Source: Thermoanaerobaculia bacterium (GTDB lineage Bacteria > Acidobacteriota > Thermoanaerobaculia > Gp7-AA8). Taken from it: a stretch of 64,000 bases of DNA. This document shows positions 1-8,340 of this stretch, one piece after another. The stretch lies in NCBI GenBank assembly GCA_035536275.1, contig DATLOL010000031.1, positions 5,130 through 69,129 of the forward strand, written 5' to 3'. How positions within the stretch are numbered: position 1 is the first letter of the stretch; every line of letters starts with the position of its first letter. The notes under the pieces are model-generated. The model saw only the letters and a list, made by a program, of their open reading frames with translations. It made no database searches and was not told the DNA's origin. A program made the translations under genes and the position numbers.

Positions 1-1719
1 CCGCACGCGCGCATCGGTACCGAGCGCCTGCGCATCATCGACCTCCACGAGCGCGCCGACCAGCCCTTTGCCTCACCGGCCGACGACGTCTGGCTGCAGG
101 CCAACGGCGAGATCTACAACGCCGCCGAGCTCCGCGCGCGGCATCGCGACTTTCCGTACCGCTCCCACTCCGACGTCGAGACGATCCTGCCGCTGTATCT
201 CGAGCTGGGACCGAAAGCGGTGGAGATGCTGGACGGCATGTTCGGCCTGGCCATCTGGGACGACCGGACGCGGACGCTCCTGCTCGCGCGCGACCGGGCC
301 GGCGAGAAGCCGCTCTTCTACTCGCGCATCCGCGGCGAGGTGATCTTCGCCTCGGAGCTGCAATGCCTGCTGGAGTATCCCGAGGTGTCGCGCGAGATCG
401 ACCGCGCCGCGATCGACCAGTACCTCTCCCTCGGCTACATCCCCGAGCCGCGCACGCCGTTCGCCGCGATCCGGCGCGTTCCCGCCGGCTCGTACATGCT
501 CTTCCGCGGCGAAAGCGAAGAGACCGTGCGCTACTGGGACGCGACGACGTTCGCGATCGAGCGCATCGACCCGGCCGAGGCGGTGCGCGAAACGCAGCGG
601 CTAGTCGAGAACGCGGTGCGCAAGCAGGTGATGTCCGACGTGCCGGTCGGCGTTTTCATCAGCGGCGGACTGGACTCGTCGATCCTCGCGCGGCTGGCCT
701 CGCAATTCATCGGCGTCGACAAGGTGCACACGTTCTCGGCGCAGTTCACCGAGGAGTCGTACGACGAGAGCGAGGACGCGGCGGTGCTGGCGCGGCAGAT
801 GCGCACGAAGCACGTGCCCGTGCGCACCGACGAGGAGACGCTGCACGACGCGCTGCGGAACGTGACCACGCGTGTGGCCGAACCGCTCGCCGATCCGGCC
901 ATCCTGCCGACGTTCCTCCTCGCCCGTACGGCGCACGAGCACGTGAAGGTCATCCTCAGCGGCGAGGGCGCGGACGAGCTGTTCGGCGGCTATCCGACGT
1001 ACATCGGACACAAGCTCGCTCCCAAATACGACGCGCTGCCGGCGTTCGTGCGCGGGGGCGTGCGCAAGCTCGCGTACGCGATGCCGACGTCGGGCAGGAA
1101 GGTGACCCTCGAGTATCTGCTCAAGCGCTTCGTGCGCGACGTCGAGCGTCCGTGGGCGGAGCGGCATCTGGCCTGGTTCGGGACGGGACTCAGTGGGGTG
1201 GCGGCCGCTTCGGCCGCCTTATGGCCGGCGCCCGAAGCGGGCGCCGCTCCACAAGATCCGCTCGCCGCGGCGATGCTCCTCGACTACCGCAGCTACCTCC
1301 GCGACAACCTGCTGGTGAAAGTCGATCGCGCGACGATGCTCTCGTCGGTCGAGGCGCGCGCGCCGTATCTCGACCGCGAGGTCACGCGCTTCGCGCTGTC
1401 GCTTCCGCCGGAGCTGCGCGTGCGCAGGCTGACCACGAAGTGGGTGCTGAAGAAGGCCGCGGAGAAATGGATCCCGCGCGACACGATTTATCGCCGCAAG
1501 CGCGGCCTGTCGGTGCCGATCGCGAGCTGGATCAATCGCGGACTGCGCGGGGAAGTGGACCGGCTGCTCGATCCGAAGCGCCTGCGGGAGCAGGGATTCG
1601 TCGACGAAGCGTCGATCACGCAGTTTCTGGCCGAGCATCGCAGCGGCAAGGCCAATCACGCCAAGCCGCTGTGGGCAGTGGTGATGCTGGGATACTGGCT
1701 GGAGCGCTGGGCGCGTTAA
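1..1719 (+). CDS. asnB: Asparagine synthase (glutamine-hydrolysing), 5' end outside window
   Basis: Frame 1 is open from base 1 (..RLRIIDLHERADQPF..NGEIYN..) and runs into track ORF 220..1719. PP-loop SGGLDSS and a typical AsnB C-terminal synthetase region are present. Confidence 0.9.
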   Translation, partial: PHARIGTERLRIIDLHERADQPFASPADDVWLQANGEIYNAAELRARHRDFPYRSHSDVETILPLYLELGPKAVEMLDGMFGLAIWDDRTRTLLLARDRAGEKPLFYSRIRGEVIFASELQCLLEYPEVSREIDRAAIDQYLSLGYIPEPRTPFAAIRRVPAGSYMLFRGESEETVRYWDATTFAIERIDPAEAVRETQRLVENAVRKQVMSDVPVGVFISGGLDSSILARLASQFIGVDKVHTFSAQFTEESYDESEDAAVLARQMRTKHVPVRTDEETLHDALRNVTTRVAEPLADPAILPTFLLARTAHEHVKVILSGEGADELFGGYPTYIGHKLAPKYDALPAFVRGGVRKLAYAMPTSGRKVTLEYLLKRFVRDVERPWAERHLAWFGTGLSGVAAASAALWPAPEAGAAPQDPLAAAMLLDYRSYLRDNLLVKVDRATMLSSVEARAPYLDREVTRFALSLPPELRVRRLTTKWVLKKAAEKWIPRDTIYRRKRGLSVPIASWINRGLRGEVDRLLDPKRLREQGFVDEASITQFLAEHRSGKANHAKPLWAVVMLGYWLERWAR

Positions 1720-2171
1720 TTCGCGCCGGTCTCGGGCAGATGCTCTCCGCTCGCCGGCTGTTCGAGAGAGGTCCCGGTGCCGCGGGCCGCATCGTCGAAG
1801 CCGTCGACGCAGAGTCGAATGAGGTTTCCGAGCTCGGCGACTTCGAACGGCTTGCGGAGGACGCCGGTCACGATGGCCGGGTCGACTTCCTTGAACGTCT
1901 GATCGGCGTACGCGGTGATCACGAGCACGACCGGTTTCTGCCGCGACGGATTTCTCCTCACGTACTCGATGACGCCGAAGCCGTCGATGCGCGGCATCAT
2001 CAGGTCGATGAGCAGCACTGCGTAGTCGTGTTCGGCGAGCATCGCGACCGCTTCAGCTCCGTCGGCCGCGCAATCGATTTCCAGCCCTTCCCGCTTGACG
2101 ATGGTGCAGACCAACTGGCGGATGGCCTGGTCATCGTCGGCGACCATAACCCGTGTTGCTTTTGTTGCCAT
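1716..2171 (-). CDS. Single-domain CheY-like response regulator
   Basis: Track ORF with ATG start. Receiver motifs are VADDD, LLIDLMMP (acceptor Asp) and a conserved K in LRKPF. Its stop overlaps the asnB stop convergently (TTAA). Confidence 0.85.
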   Translation of the reverse strand: MATKATRVMVADDDQAIRQLVCTIVKREGLEIDCAADGAEAVAMLAEHDYAVLLIDLMMPRIDGFGVIEYVRRNPSRQKPVVLVITAYADQTFKEVDPAIVTGVLRKPFEVAELGNLIRLCVDGFDDAARGTGTSLEQPASGEHLPETGAN

Positions 2172-2196
2172 TTGCTTTTCCTACTCGGCCCTCCGT

Positions 2197-2212
2197 TGAA
2201 AGTTGCGTGCCA
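2197..2212 (-). promoter_or_regulatory. Sigma-54-like -24/-12 box
   Basis: The minus strand reads TGGCACGCAACTTTCA against the consensus TGGCACG-N4-TTGCW. The only mismatch is the G of the -12 GC. The box ends 26 nt upstream of the ATG at 2171. Confidence 0.25.
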
Positions 2213-2249
2213 CCGTCAACGCGAGTCGAATCAGGCAGTTATGGAACTT

Positions 2250-2777
2250 TCAGTGCCCCAGAACGCTCACTCCGCGCACTGCCCACTGCCCGCCGTAGGG
2301 AACGAGCGTCACCCAGTACCACGACGCGCCTTCCCCGCCGACGGTGACGCGGGCGAAGAGGCCCCCCTCGCGCGGTGAAAACGCGTTGACCATCGGCGCC
2401 GAGAGCTCGAGCACCATCTCGTCCTGATGCCTGGCCAGCGCCGCGGGCGCGATCGGACGCCAGGTGCACGACGTCCCATCGGTCTGGAGCACGATCTCGC
2501 GATTTGCCTCCGTCACCGACTGCGCGATGCGGCCGCCCTTCACCCGTCCGCGCACCGTCATCGCCAGCGCCCCCATGGACTGCTGGGTCGCCAGCGGCCG
2601 GGTGACATTGACGACCGTGAGCGGCGCCGCGGACGCAATCGCATCCATCCGCAACCGCCCGCAAAGCGCGTCGAGCACGGCCGGAGAGACGGCGTCGGGC
2701 GGGGCCAGGGCGGGGGGCTTGGGGGGCTGGGTGGCGCAGGCGGCGAGCAGGAGCAGTGCGATCAGTCGGCTCTTCAA
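2250..2777 (-). CDS. Putative lipoprotein, unknown function
   Basis: An in-frame TTG at 2777 is preceded by GAGGA. The N-terminus MKSRLIALLLLAAC carries a lipobox-like Cys. The start forms a TTGA overlap with the helicase stop. The longer 557-aa track ORF upstream lies out of frame over the helicase gene and is rejected. Confidence 0.6.
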   Translation of the reverse strand: MKSRLIALLLLAACATQPPKPPALAPPDAVSPAVLDALCGRLRMDAIASAAPLTVVNVTRPLATQQSMGALAMTVRGRVKGGRIAQSVTEANREIVLQTDGTSCTWRPIAPAALARHQDEMVLELSAPMVNAFSPREGGLFARVTVGGEGASWYWVTLVPYGGQWAVRGVSVLGH

Positions 2778-5212
2778 AACAGCATCCTCAACTGCGGGGT
2801 CATCGTCCTGGCCTCGAAGAACGCGCGGATCTCGCTGGCCGGCTTGCGGGATACGAGCTCGCGCGGCGACTGCTCGTACCAGTCCGCGGGGAAGTAGCGC
2901 GTGTAGCTCTCCTGTGTGAAGCGCTTGCACAGCAGGGCGATCACGCCGATGTCGCTCTCGCTGCGGATGACCCGTCCGGCCGACTGCACGACCCGGGTCA
3001 TGCCCGGGATCAGGTACGCGAACTCGAACCCGGCGCCGTAGTGCTCGTCGTAATACTGCTTGAGCAGCTCCTGCTCGAAGCTGACCTGCGGCAGCGCCGG
3101 CCCGACCACCATCACTCCCGACAGCATGTCGCCCTGGTAGTCGATCCCCTCCGCGTACATCCCGCCCGACACCGCCAGGATCAGATTGCCCTTGCGGCCG
3201 CGCGTGCGGAGGATGTCCAGGATCGCGTTGCGCTCGTAATCGGTCATGTCGTTGCGCTGGATCATCACGCGCTTGTCCAGCGCCGGCATGCGCTCCGACA
3301 CCTCGCGCAGGAAGGCGTAGCTGGGGAAGAGGGCGAGGAAGTTGCCGTCGGACGACTCGGCGATCTGGGCCACGTTCTCGGCGATGCGCTCGTAGTGATC
3401 CGCGCGCCGTTTGTAGGTCGTGTCGACCTCGGGGACGATCACGATCTTCCGGTTGTCGCGCGGAAACGGCGAGGGGAGCGAGAGCTCTGCCGTGCGATCG
3501 GTGGGGAACCCGAGGGTGTTGCGATAGAACTCGAACGGCTCCAGCGTTGCGGACAGCGCGACCGTCGCATGCGCGGAGTCGAAGATTTTGCCCAGGAACT
3601 TCGACGGGTCCTTGCAGAAGATCTTCAGCCGCAGGCCGTCGTTCGTCTTCTCGACCAGGTGCGCGAACTCGTCGCCGTCCTCGCTGAGCAGGTTCGTGAA
3701 CTTCACCAGCTTGAAGTAGAAGTCGATGAGCGGGTCTTCCTCCTCGGCGATGCGGTTGTCGATCTTCCAGCCGATGTACTCGAGGACGATGCGCTCCCAC
3801 TCGGTGCGCTGCTCGACGAACAGCTCGCGCGACGGCTCGCAGAGGGCCTGCTTCACGTCGTCTTCGAGCACCGCGGCCAGCTCCTGGAAGTGACCGCGGA
3901 GGATCTCCAGCAGCTCCTCCCACCCGTCGACCCAGCAGTTGCGGGACATCATGTGCCGCTTGATGTCCTCGAAGGCCTTCTCGTGCAGCTCGGGCGAGTA
4001 GTAGGAGCGGCCGCGGTCGACGAGGTTATGGGCCTCGTCCACGACCAGCACGCAGTCGCCGTAGTCGTTCTCCTGCGAGTACGCCTTCAGCCCGACGTAG
4101 GGATCGAAGATGTAGTTGTAGTCGCACACGACGACGTCGGCCTGCTCGATCAGCTCCAGCGAGACCTCGAACGGACAGACCTCGTGCTCGCGCGCGGCCT
4201 CGAAGGTGATGTCGGGATCGAAGTAGCTCATCGACGTGACGAGGTGCGAGAGCAGTCCGGACTTCTCCATCTTCGACGTGTACTGCGCCGCGAACGGGCA
4301 GAAGTCCTCGTGGCAGATCATCTCCGTGTGCGCGCACATCTTCGACTTCGCGCGGATGCGCAGCACCCGGAACGAGCCGTCATTGAGACGGCGCAACGCC
4401 TCGACCGCGGCGTCCTGCTGCATCGTCTTGGAAGTGAGGAAGAAGAGCTTCTTCCCGAGCTTGAGCGACTGCTTCACGGCCGGGTAGAGCACGGCCATGG
4501 TCTTGCCGATCCCGGTCGGCGCGCTCACGAGCAGCGTGTCGCGCTGGTACACGGCGCGCGCGACGGCGGACACGATCTCTTCCTGCCCCCGACGGACGAC
4601 GTCGAACGGGAACTCCAGCGTGTCCGCGAACGCGCGCTTGGCCACGCGGAGGGCGGCGGCGGTCTCGAGGTCCTCGACCAGTTTGGCGATGCTCGACGCG
4701 AGCGTGGAGGCGACCCGGTCGCGATCGAACTCGGTGTCGACGATCTTGGTGTCGCCGGAGACGAGATCGATCAGCACGAGCTGCGGCGCGAAGACGAAGC
4801 CTTCCAGGTCCGGCTGGTCGCAGAGAAAGTACGCGTAGAGCAGAAGCTGGTAGAGATGGCGCTGCAACTTCTCGGAGCGGTACAGCGCCTCCAGCTCGAG
4901 GTCGAAGTGAATGGACTTCACTTCCTCGATGGCGACGATCTTCGCGTCCTTGTCGATAGAGAGCCCGTCGATGCGCCCGGTGATGGTGACGCTCCACGCA
5001 CCCAGCGTCATGCGGTGGACGACATGGACTTCCGCGCGGTAGTGCGGGTCTTCATTCGCGCGCTGCTCGGCGCGGCGCGTGTGGATGTCCTGCCCGATCC
5101 ACATGCGCCGGAACCCGTCGCCGCGCTCGACGCCGATGCGGCGGTAGGTGGAGCCCTGGACGAGGTCGCCAACGGAGCAGACGATTTCGCGAGTCTCGTA
5201 GTTGACGCGCAC
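2774..5212 (-). CDS. RecB/Cas4-like PD-(D/E)xK nuclease domain fused to an XPD/DinG (Rad3) family Fe-S DNA helicase
   Basis: Track ORF with GTG start. The N-terminal ~135 aa carry GRIDGL, IEEVK (E-x-K) and QLLLY. The helicase part has motif I APTGIGKT, four Cys (KMCAH, ICHEDFC, EVCPFE) between motifs I and II, the DEAH box VVDEAHNL and motif VI QSAGRVIRS. Confidence 0.85.
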   Translation of the reverse strand: MRVNYETREIVCSVGDLVQGSTYRRIGVERGDGFRRMWIGQDIHTRRAEQRANEDPHYRAEVHVVHRMTLGAWSVTITGRIDGLSIDKDAKIVAIEEVKSIHFDLELEALYRSEKLQRHLYQLLLYAYFLCDQPDLEGFVFAPQLVLIDLVSGDTKIVDTEFDRDRVASTLASSIAKLVEDLETAAALRVAKRAFADTLEFPFDVVRRGQEEIVSAVARAVYQRDTLLVSAPTGIGKTMAVLYPAVKQSLKLGKKLFFLTSKTMQQDAAVEALRRLNDGSFRVLRIRAKSKMCAHTEMICHEDFCPFAAQYTSKMEKSGLLSHLVTSMSYFDPDITFEAAREHEVCPFEVSLELIEQADVVVCDYNYIFDPYVGLKAYSQENDYGDCVLVVDEAHNLVDRGRSYYSPELHEKAFEDIKRHMMSRNCWVDGWEELLEILRGHFQELAAVLEDDVKQALCEPSRELFVEQRTEWERIVLEYIGWKIDNRIAEEEDPLIDFYFKLVKFTNLLSEDGDEFAHLVEKTNDGLRLKIFCKDPSKFLGKIFDSAHATVALSATLEPFEFYRNTLGFPTDRTAELSLPSPFPRDNRKIVIVPEVDTTYKRRADHYERIAENVAQIAESSDGNFLALFPSYAFLREVSERMPALDKRVMIQRNDMTDYERNAILDILRTRGRKGNLILAVSGGMYAEGIDYQGDMLSGVMVVGPALPQVSFEQELLKQYYDEHYGAGFEFAYLIPGMTRVVQSAGRVIRSESDIGVIALLCKRFTQESYTRYFPADWYEQSPRELVSRKPASEIRAFFEARTMTPQLRMLF

Positions 5213-5220
5213 AGGGCATG

Positions 5221-5260
5221 ATACGACCTATAGGTCCTATAGGTCGTATAGGTCCTATAA
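5221..5260. repeat. 9-bp tandem repeat (TATAGGTCC/G, about 3.5 units) with palindromic core GACCTATAGGTC
   Basis: Read directly: atacgacc tataggtcc tataggtcg tataggtcc tataa. It fills the 42-nt gap between two minus-strand genes and contains the TAG stop at 5255-5257. Bases 5227-5259 are the exact reverse complement of 25029-25061. Confidence 0.9.
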
Positions 5261-7582
5261 CTTCTCCACCACCTCCCCCAGCACATACGCCTCATACCCG
5301 CCGGCATCGCGGTACGGCGCCAGCGCGAGCGCCGGCGCCAGCGACTTCAGCGACAGGCGCTCGTACATCTCGCGCACGCTTTCCTTGCGCGTGGCGAGCA
5401 CTTCCGCGGTCAGGACGCCCTTCAGCGAGAACAGACGCTGAAAGTCACCGCGGGGGAGGCGGAGGGGGCGGCGGACGTCGTCCGAGCGCGGGTCCCATTC
5501 TCCGATGAGCACTTCGTCCTCGAGGTCGCTCGAGTCGGCCTTGAGGCAGATCACCAGCTCGGACTCGATCGCGCTCTCGGTGGTGTCGGCCTCGCGCGGC
5601 GCCGCCGGCCACCCGCCCGACGCCTCCCGGCGCCGATTCATCTCCTGCCGGAGCAGCATCACCAATGACTCGTGCGCGTCGAGCGGCGTCACGTCCTCGA
5701 CATCGCCCTGCGCGAACGGCACGAGCTCGGCGACGTCGATCTTGTCCAGACCCTTCAGCGCGACCATGCCCAGGAGACGCACGCCGAGGAGCTCGACGCC
5801 GGGGATGGACGGCGCGAAGCCGATGTACGAGCCGAACGACGAGCGGAGGCGGAACAGCGGCTGCGCCTCCGCGCCCAGCTCGTTCGACAGCTCCTGCACC
5901 AGGGACATCGACGCAACGACGCCCTCGTTGACGAGGTGCCCGTTGTTGTCGATGTACGCGTAGTACTCGCGCGCGCTCTGGGTGTGATCGACGACGTCCA
6001 CGCCGCGCGCGAGCGGGGCGAAGAACTGCTGGACCTTGTGCTCGTCGTAGCCGTGCGCGACGAGGAAGGCCTGCAGCTCCTCGATCTCCTTGTTGGCCTT
6101 GCCCGTGGTCAGGCGCGACAGCTCGACGATGCCCGGCCCGTAGAACTCGGTGATCTGTTCGTCCGCGTCAGACGCTTTCATCGGCAGCAGGCGGTAGTAG
6201 CCATAGTTGATGGCGATGCGCAGGCCGCGATTGAAGGCGAAGCCCTTGCGCTTCATCTCGGTGTAGAAGCGCTGGATCTCGACGGCCGCGCGCACGATGC
6301 GCACGGCCCGGCGGGTGGTGTAGAACGCGCCGTCCCCGAGGAACTTCTCGAACTGGAGCAGGTGGCGGCGGGCGATCGTGTCGAGCTTGCGCTGGAACAC
6401 GAGCATGTGCCGGTAGGAGCGCAGCTCCTCCTTGCCGCCGCCGCGGCGGATGTTGCCGAGGGTCTCGCTGAACTTGGAGATGTCGTAGATCATCCCGAAG
6501 CGGTGGACCATCGGATCGACGACGCCGGTGCGTCCGAAGTCCATCGGCCGCGTGGAGCGTGACCAGGCCGCGCCGATGCGGCGGTCGGCGGAGACGACCT
6601 GTCCGTCGGGCAGTGCCGCCATCCACAGGATCCCGCGGCGCAACTGGTTCAGCACCGCGAACTCGCGCACGCGCCGGGCGATGAGCTGGAACTGCTCGCG
6701 CTCCTCGCGCGACACGGCGTTCTGCGCCGCGGGGTGATCGAAGAGAAAGTTCTCGAAGCGCGGGTCGAGCAGGAGCGCGAGCGAGATCGTCTCGCCGCCC
6801 GCGAACAGCGGCAGCGCCGCGCGAAAGGTGCGATCGCTCTGCGCGAGCTCCGTGGCCGTGGTCCGCAAGCGCTCGAACGACTCGCGGAAGGCTTGAAAGT
6901 CGCGGCGCAGGTATCCGCTCACGAACGCCCGCAGCTCCCGCAGATCCGGCCCGACGAACTCCTCGGTCAGGATCAGCACGTCGTCCTGCAGCAGACGGAA
7001 GAACTGCAGGCCGCGCTGCTCCTCGCCGTCGAGCATCGACGCGACGCGCGCGCACATCTGGGTCATCTGCTCGCGGGTCTCGGACACCCACCGCCCGAAG
7101 ATGCGGTACTTCAGCGAATCGCCGAGCGCGCGTCCGGCCTGCGTGTCGAGCGCGGAGACGCGGCGGGGGAGGGCGGAGAAGTGGCGCGCCAGGTCGAGCG
7201 AGTGGGTCAGCCAGAAGATGGCGTGGTAGTCGTTCAGGAGATTCGACACCAGCGCGTTCTCGGCCACCTTCATCAGTTGCGTGACGTAGGCGATGAACGC
7301 CGACTGCGCGCGGTCTTTCGGCTCGGCGCGGTTGAGCTGCCAGACGATCTCCTCGCTCAGCCAGCGGTCGAGCTTCTGCTCGAGCTCCTTCATCACCCCG
7401 GAATCGGCGACGGGAAAGCCGAGGACCGCGGGCTGGGTCTCGTCCGCGGGGAAGACTTTCGTCGGCTGCGGCAGCAGTCGCTCCGGAAAGAGCTCGGACA
7501 GCGCCCGATCCACTTCCGCGGGAAGCAGAAAGGTGGCCGCATCCGGCCGCTGGGCGAGATAGGAGACGAGCGTGCGAGGCAT
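5255..7582 (-). CDS. Large hypothetical protein with a central class III nucleotidyl-cyclase-like domain
   Basis: Track ORF with ATG start. Residues ~355-500 carry FGMIYDISKFSE, FEKFLGDGAFY, GLRIAINYGYY and YGPGIVELSRL, in the order and spacing of the class III cyclase catalytic core. The flanking ~350 aa and ~275 aa are not recognised. Confidence 0.65.
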   Translation of the reverse strand: MPRTLVSYLAQRPDAATFLLPAEVDRALSELFPERLLPQPTKVFPADETQPAVLGFPVADSGVMKELEQKLDRWLSEEIVWQLNRAEPKDRAQSAFIAYVTQLMKVAENALVSNLLNDYHAIFWLTHSLDLARHFSALPRRVSALDTQAGRALGDSLKYRIFGRWVSETREQMTQMCARVASMLDGEEQRGLQFFRLLQDDVLILTEEFVGPDLRELRAFVSGYLRRDFQAFRESFERLRTTATELAQSDRTFRAALPLFAGGETISLALLLDPRFENFLFDHPAAQNAVSREEREQFQLIARRVREFAVLNQLRRGILWMAALPDGQVVSADRRIGAAWSRSTRPMDFGRTGVVDPMVHRFGMIYDISKFSETLGNIRRGGGKEELRSYRHMLVFQRKLDTIARRHLLQFEKFLGDGAFYTTRRAVRIVRAAVEIQRFYTEMKRKGFAFNRGLRIAINYGYYRLLPMKASDADEQITEFYGPGIVELSRLTTGKANKEIEELQAFLVAHGYDEHKVQQFFAPLARGVDVVDHTQSAREYYAYIDNNGHLVNEGVVASMSLVQELSNELGAEAQPLFRLRSSFGSYIGFAPSIPGVELLGVRLLGMVALKGLDKIDVAELVPFAQGDVEDVTPLDAHESLVMLLRQEMNRRREASGGWPAAPREADTTESAIESELVICLKADSSDLEDEVLIGEWDPRSDDVRRPLRLPRGDFQRLFSLKGVLTAEVLATRKESVREMYERLSLKSLAPALALAPYRDAGGYEAYVLGEVVEKL

Positions 7583-7614
7583 GGGCGGACGGCCGAAAGT
7601 ATAAACTTGCGCTT

Positions 7615-8340
7615 ATGCGTCCCGTCCCCGCCGTCCCCGCCACCTGTCCCCGCTGCGCCGGCTCGGGATGGCTGCCGATGCCGGGCGATGAGCTGCGCGT
7701 GGAGCCGTGCGGGTGCCAGGGCGATCTGCGGCGGCAGCAGCGCCTCGCCGCCGCGCACATCCCGAAGCGCTACCAGCACTGCACGCTCGACACGTTCCGC
7801 GACAACAGCACCGTCCTCCGCAACGCCAAGCGCAAGGTCCAGGAGTTCGTCGATCTCTGGCCGGACACGCCCGAGGGGAAGGGACTGCTGCTGATGGGCG
7901 GATGCGGAGCGGGAAAGACGCATCTCGCCGTCGCCGCGCTGATCGAGGTCGTCAACAGCGGCAAGCCGGGACGCGTGGTCTTCACGAACTTTCAGGACCT
8001 CATTCAGGAGATCCAGGCCTCGTTCGATTCAGATCAGACGCCGGGCAAGGCCGAGATCATGCGCCCGCTGCTCGAGGCGGATCTGCTCGTCCTCGACGAG
8101 CTGGGCTCGCAGAAGCCCACCCAGTTCGTCCAGGACATCCTCTATTACGTCATCAACACGCGGTACAACGAAGAGCGCACGACGATCTTCACCACGAACT
8201 ACCTCGACCATCAGCCCGAGGCGAAGCAGGAGCGCCTGGAGGATCGCATCGGCGTGCGTCTGCGCAGCCGTCTCGCGGAGATGGCCGACCGCATCGACTT
8301 CACCGGCGCGACGGACTTCCGCCGCAACCGCCTGTCATGA
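7615..8340 (+). CDS. DnaC/IstB-like AAA+ ATPase with N-terminal zinc ribbon
   Basis: Track ORF. It has CPRCAGSGW..CGC (a DnaJ-type CxxCxGxG), Walker A GGCGAGKTH, Walker B LLVLDELG and sensor TTNY. Confidence 0.8.
   Translation: MRPVPAVPATCPRCAGSGWLPMPGDELRVEPCGCQGDLRRQQRLAAAHIPKRYQHCTLDTFRDNSTVLRNAKRKVQEFVDLWPDTPEGKGLLLMGGCGAGKTHLAVAALIEVVNSGKPGRVVFTNFQDLIQEIQASFDSDQTPGKAEIMRPLLEADLLVLDELGSQKPTQFVQDILYYVINTRYNEERTTIFTTNYLDHQPEAKQERLEDRIGVRLRSRLAEMADRIDFTGATDFRRNRLS

Noticed and set aside
5202-5508. Small ORFs translating the 9-bp repeat as YRSYRSYRSY or IGPIGRIGPI
   Set aside because: The periodic peptide is simply the tandem DNA repeat read in frame. The ORFs overlap the 3' end of the 775-aa gene on the opposite strand and lack any ribosome-binding context.
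7615-8340. IstB helper of an IS21-family insertion sequence (mobile element)
   Set aside because: No IstA transposase ORF lies on either side, and I saw no terminal inverted repeats. The gene is coupled to a membrane protein instead, so it is kept as a DnaC/IstB-like ATPase of unknown role.
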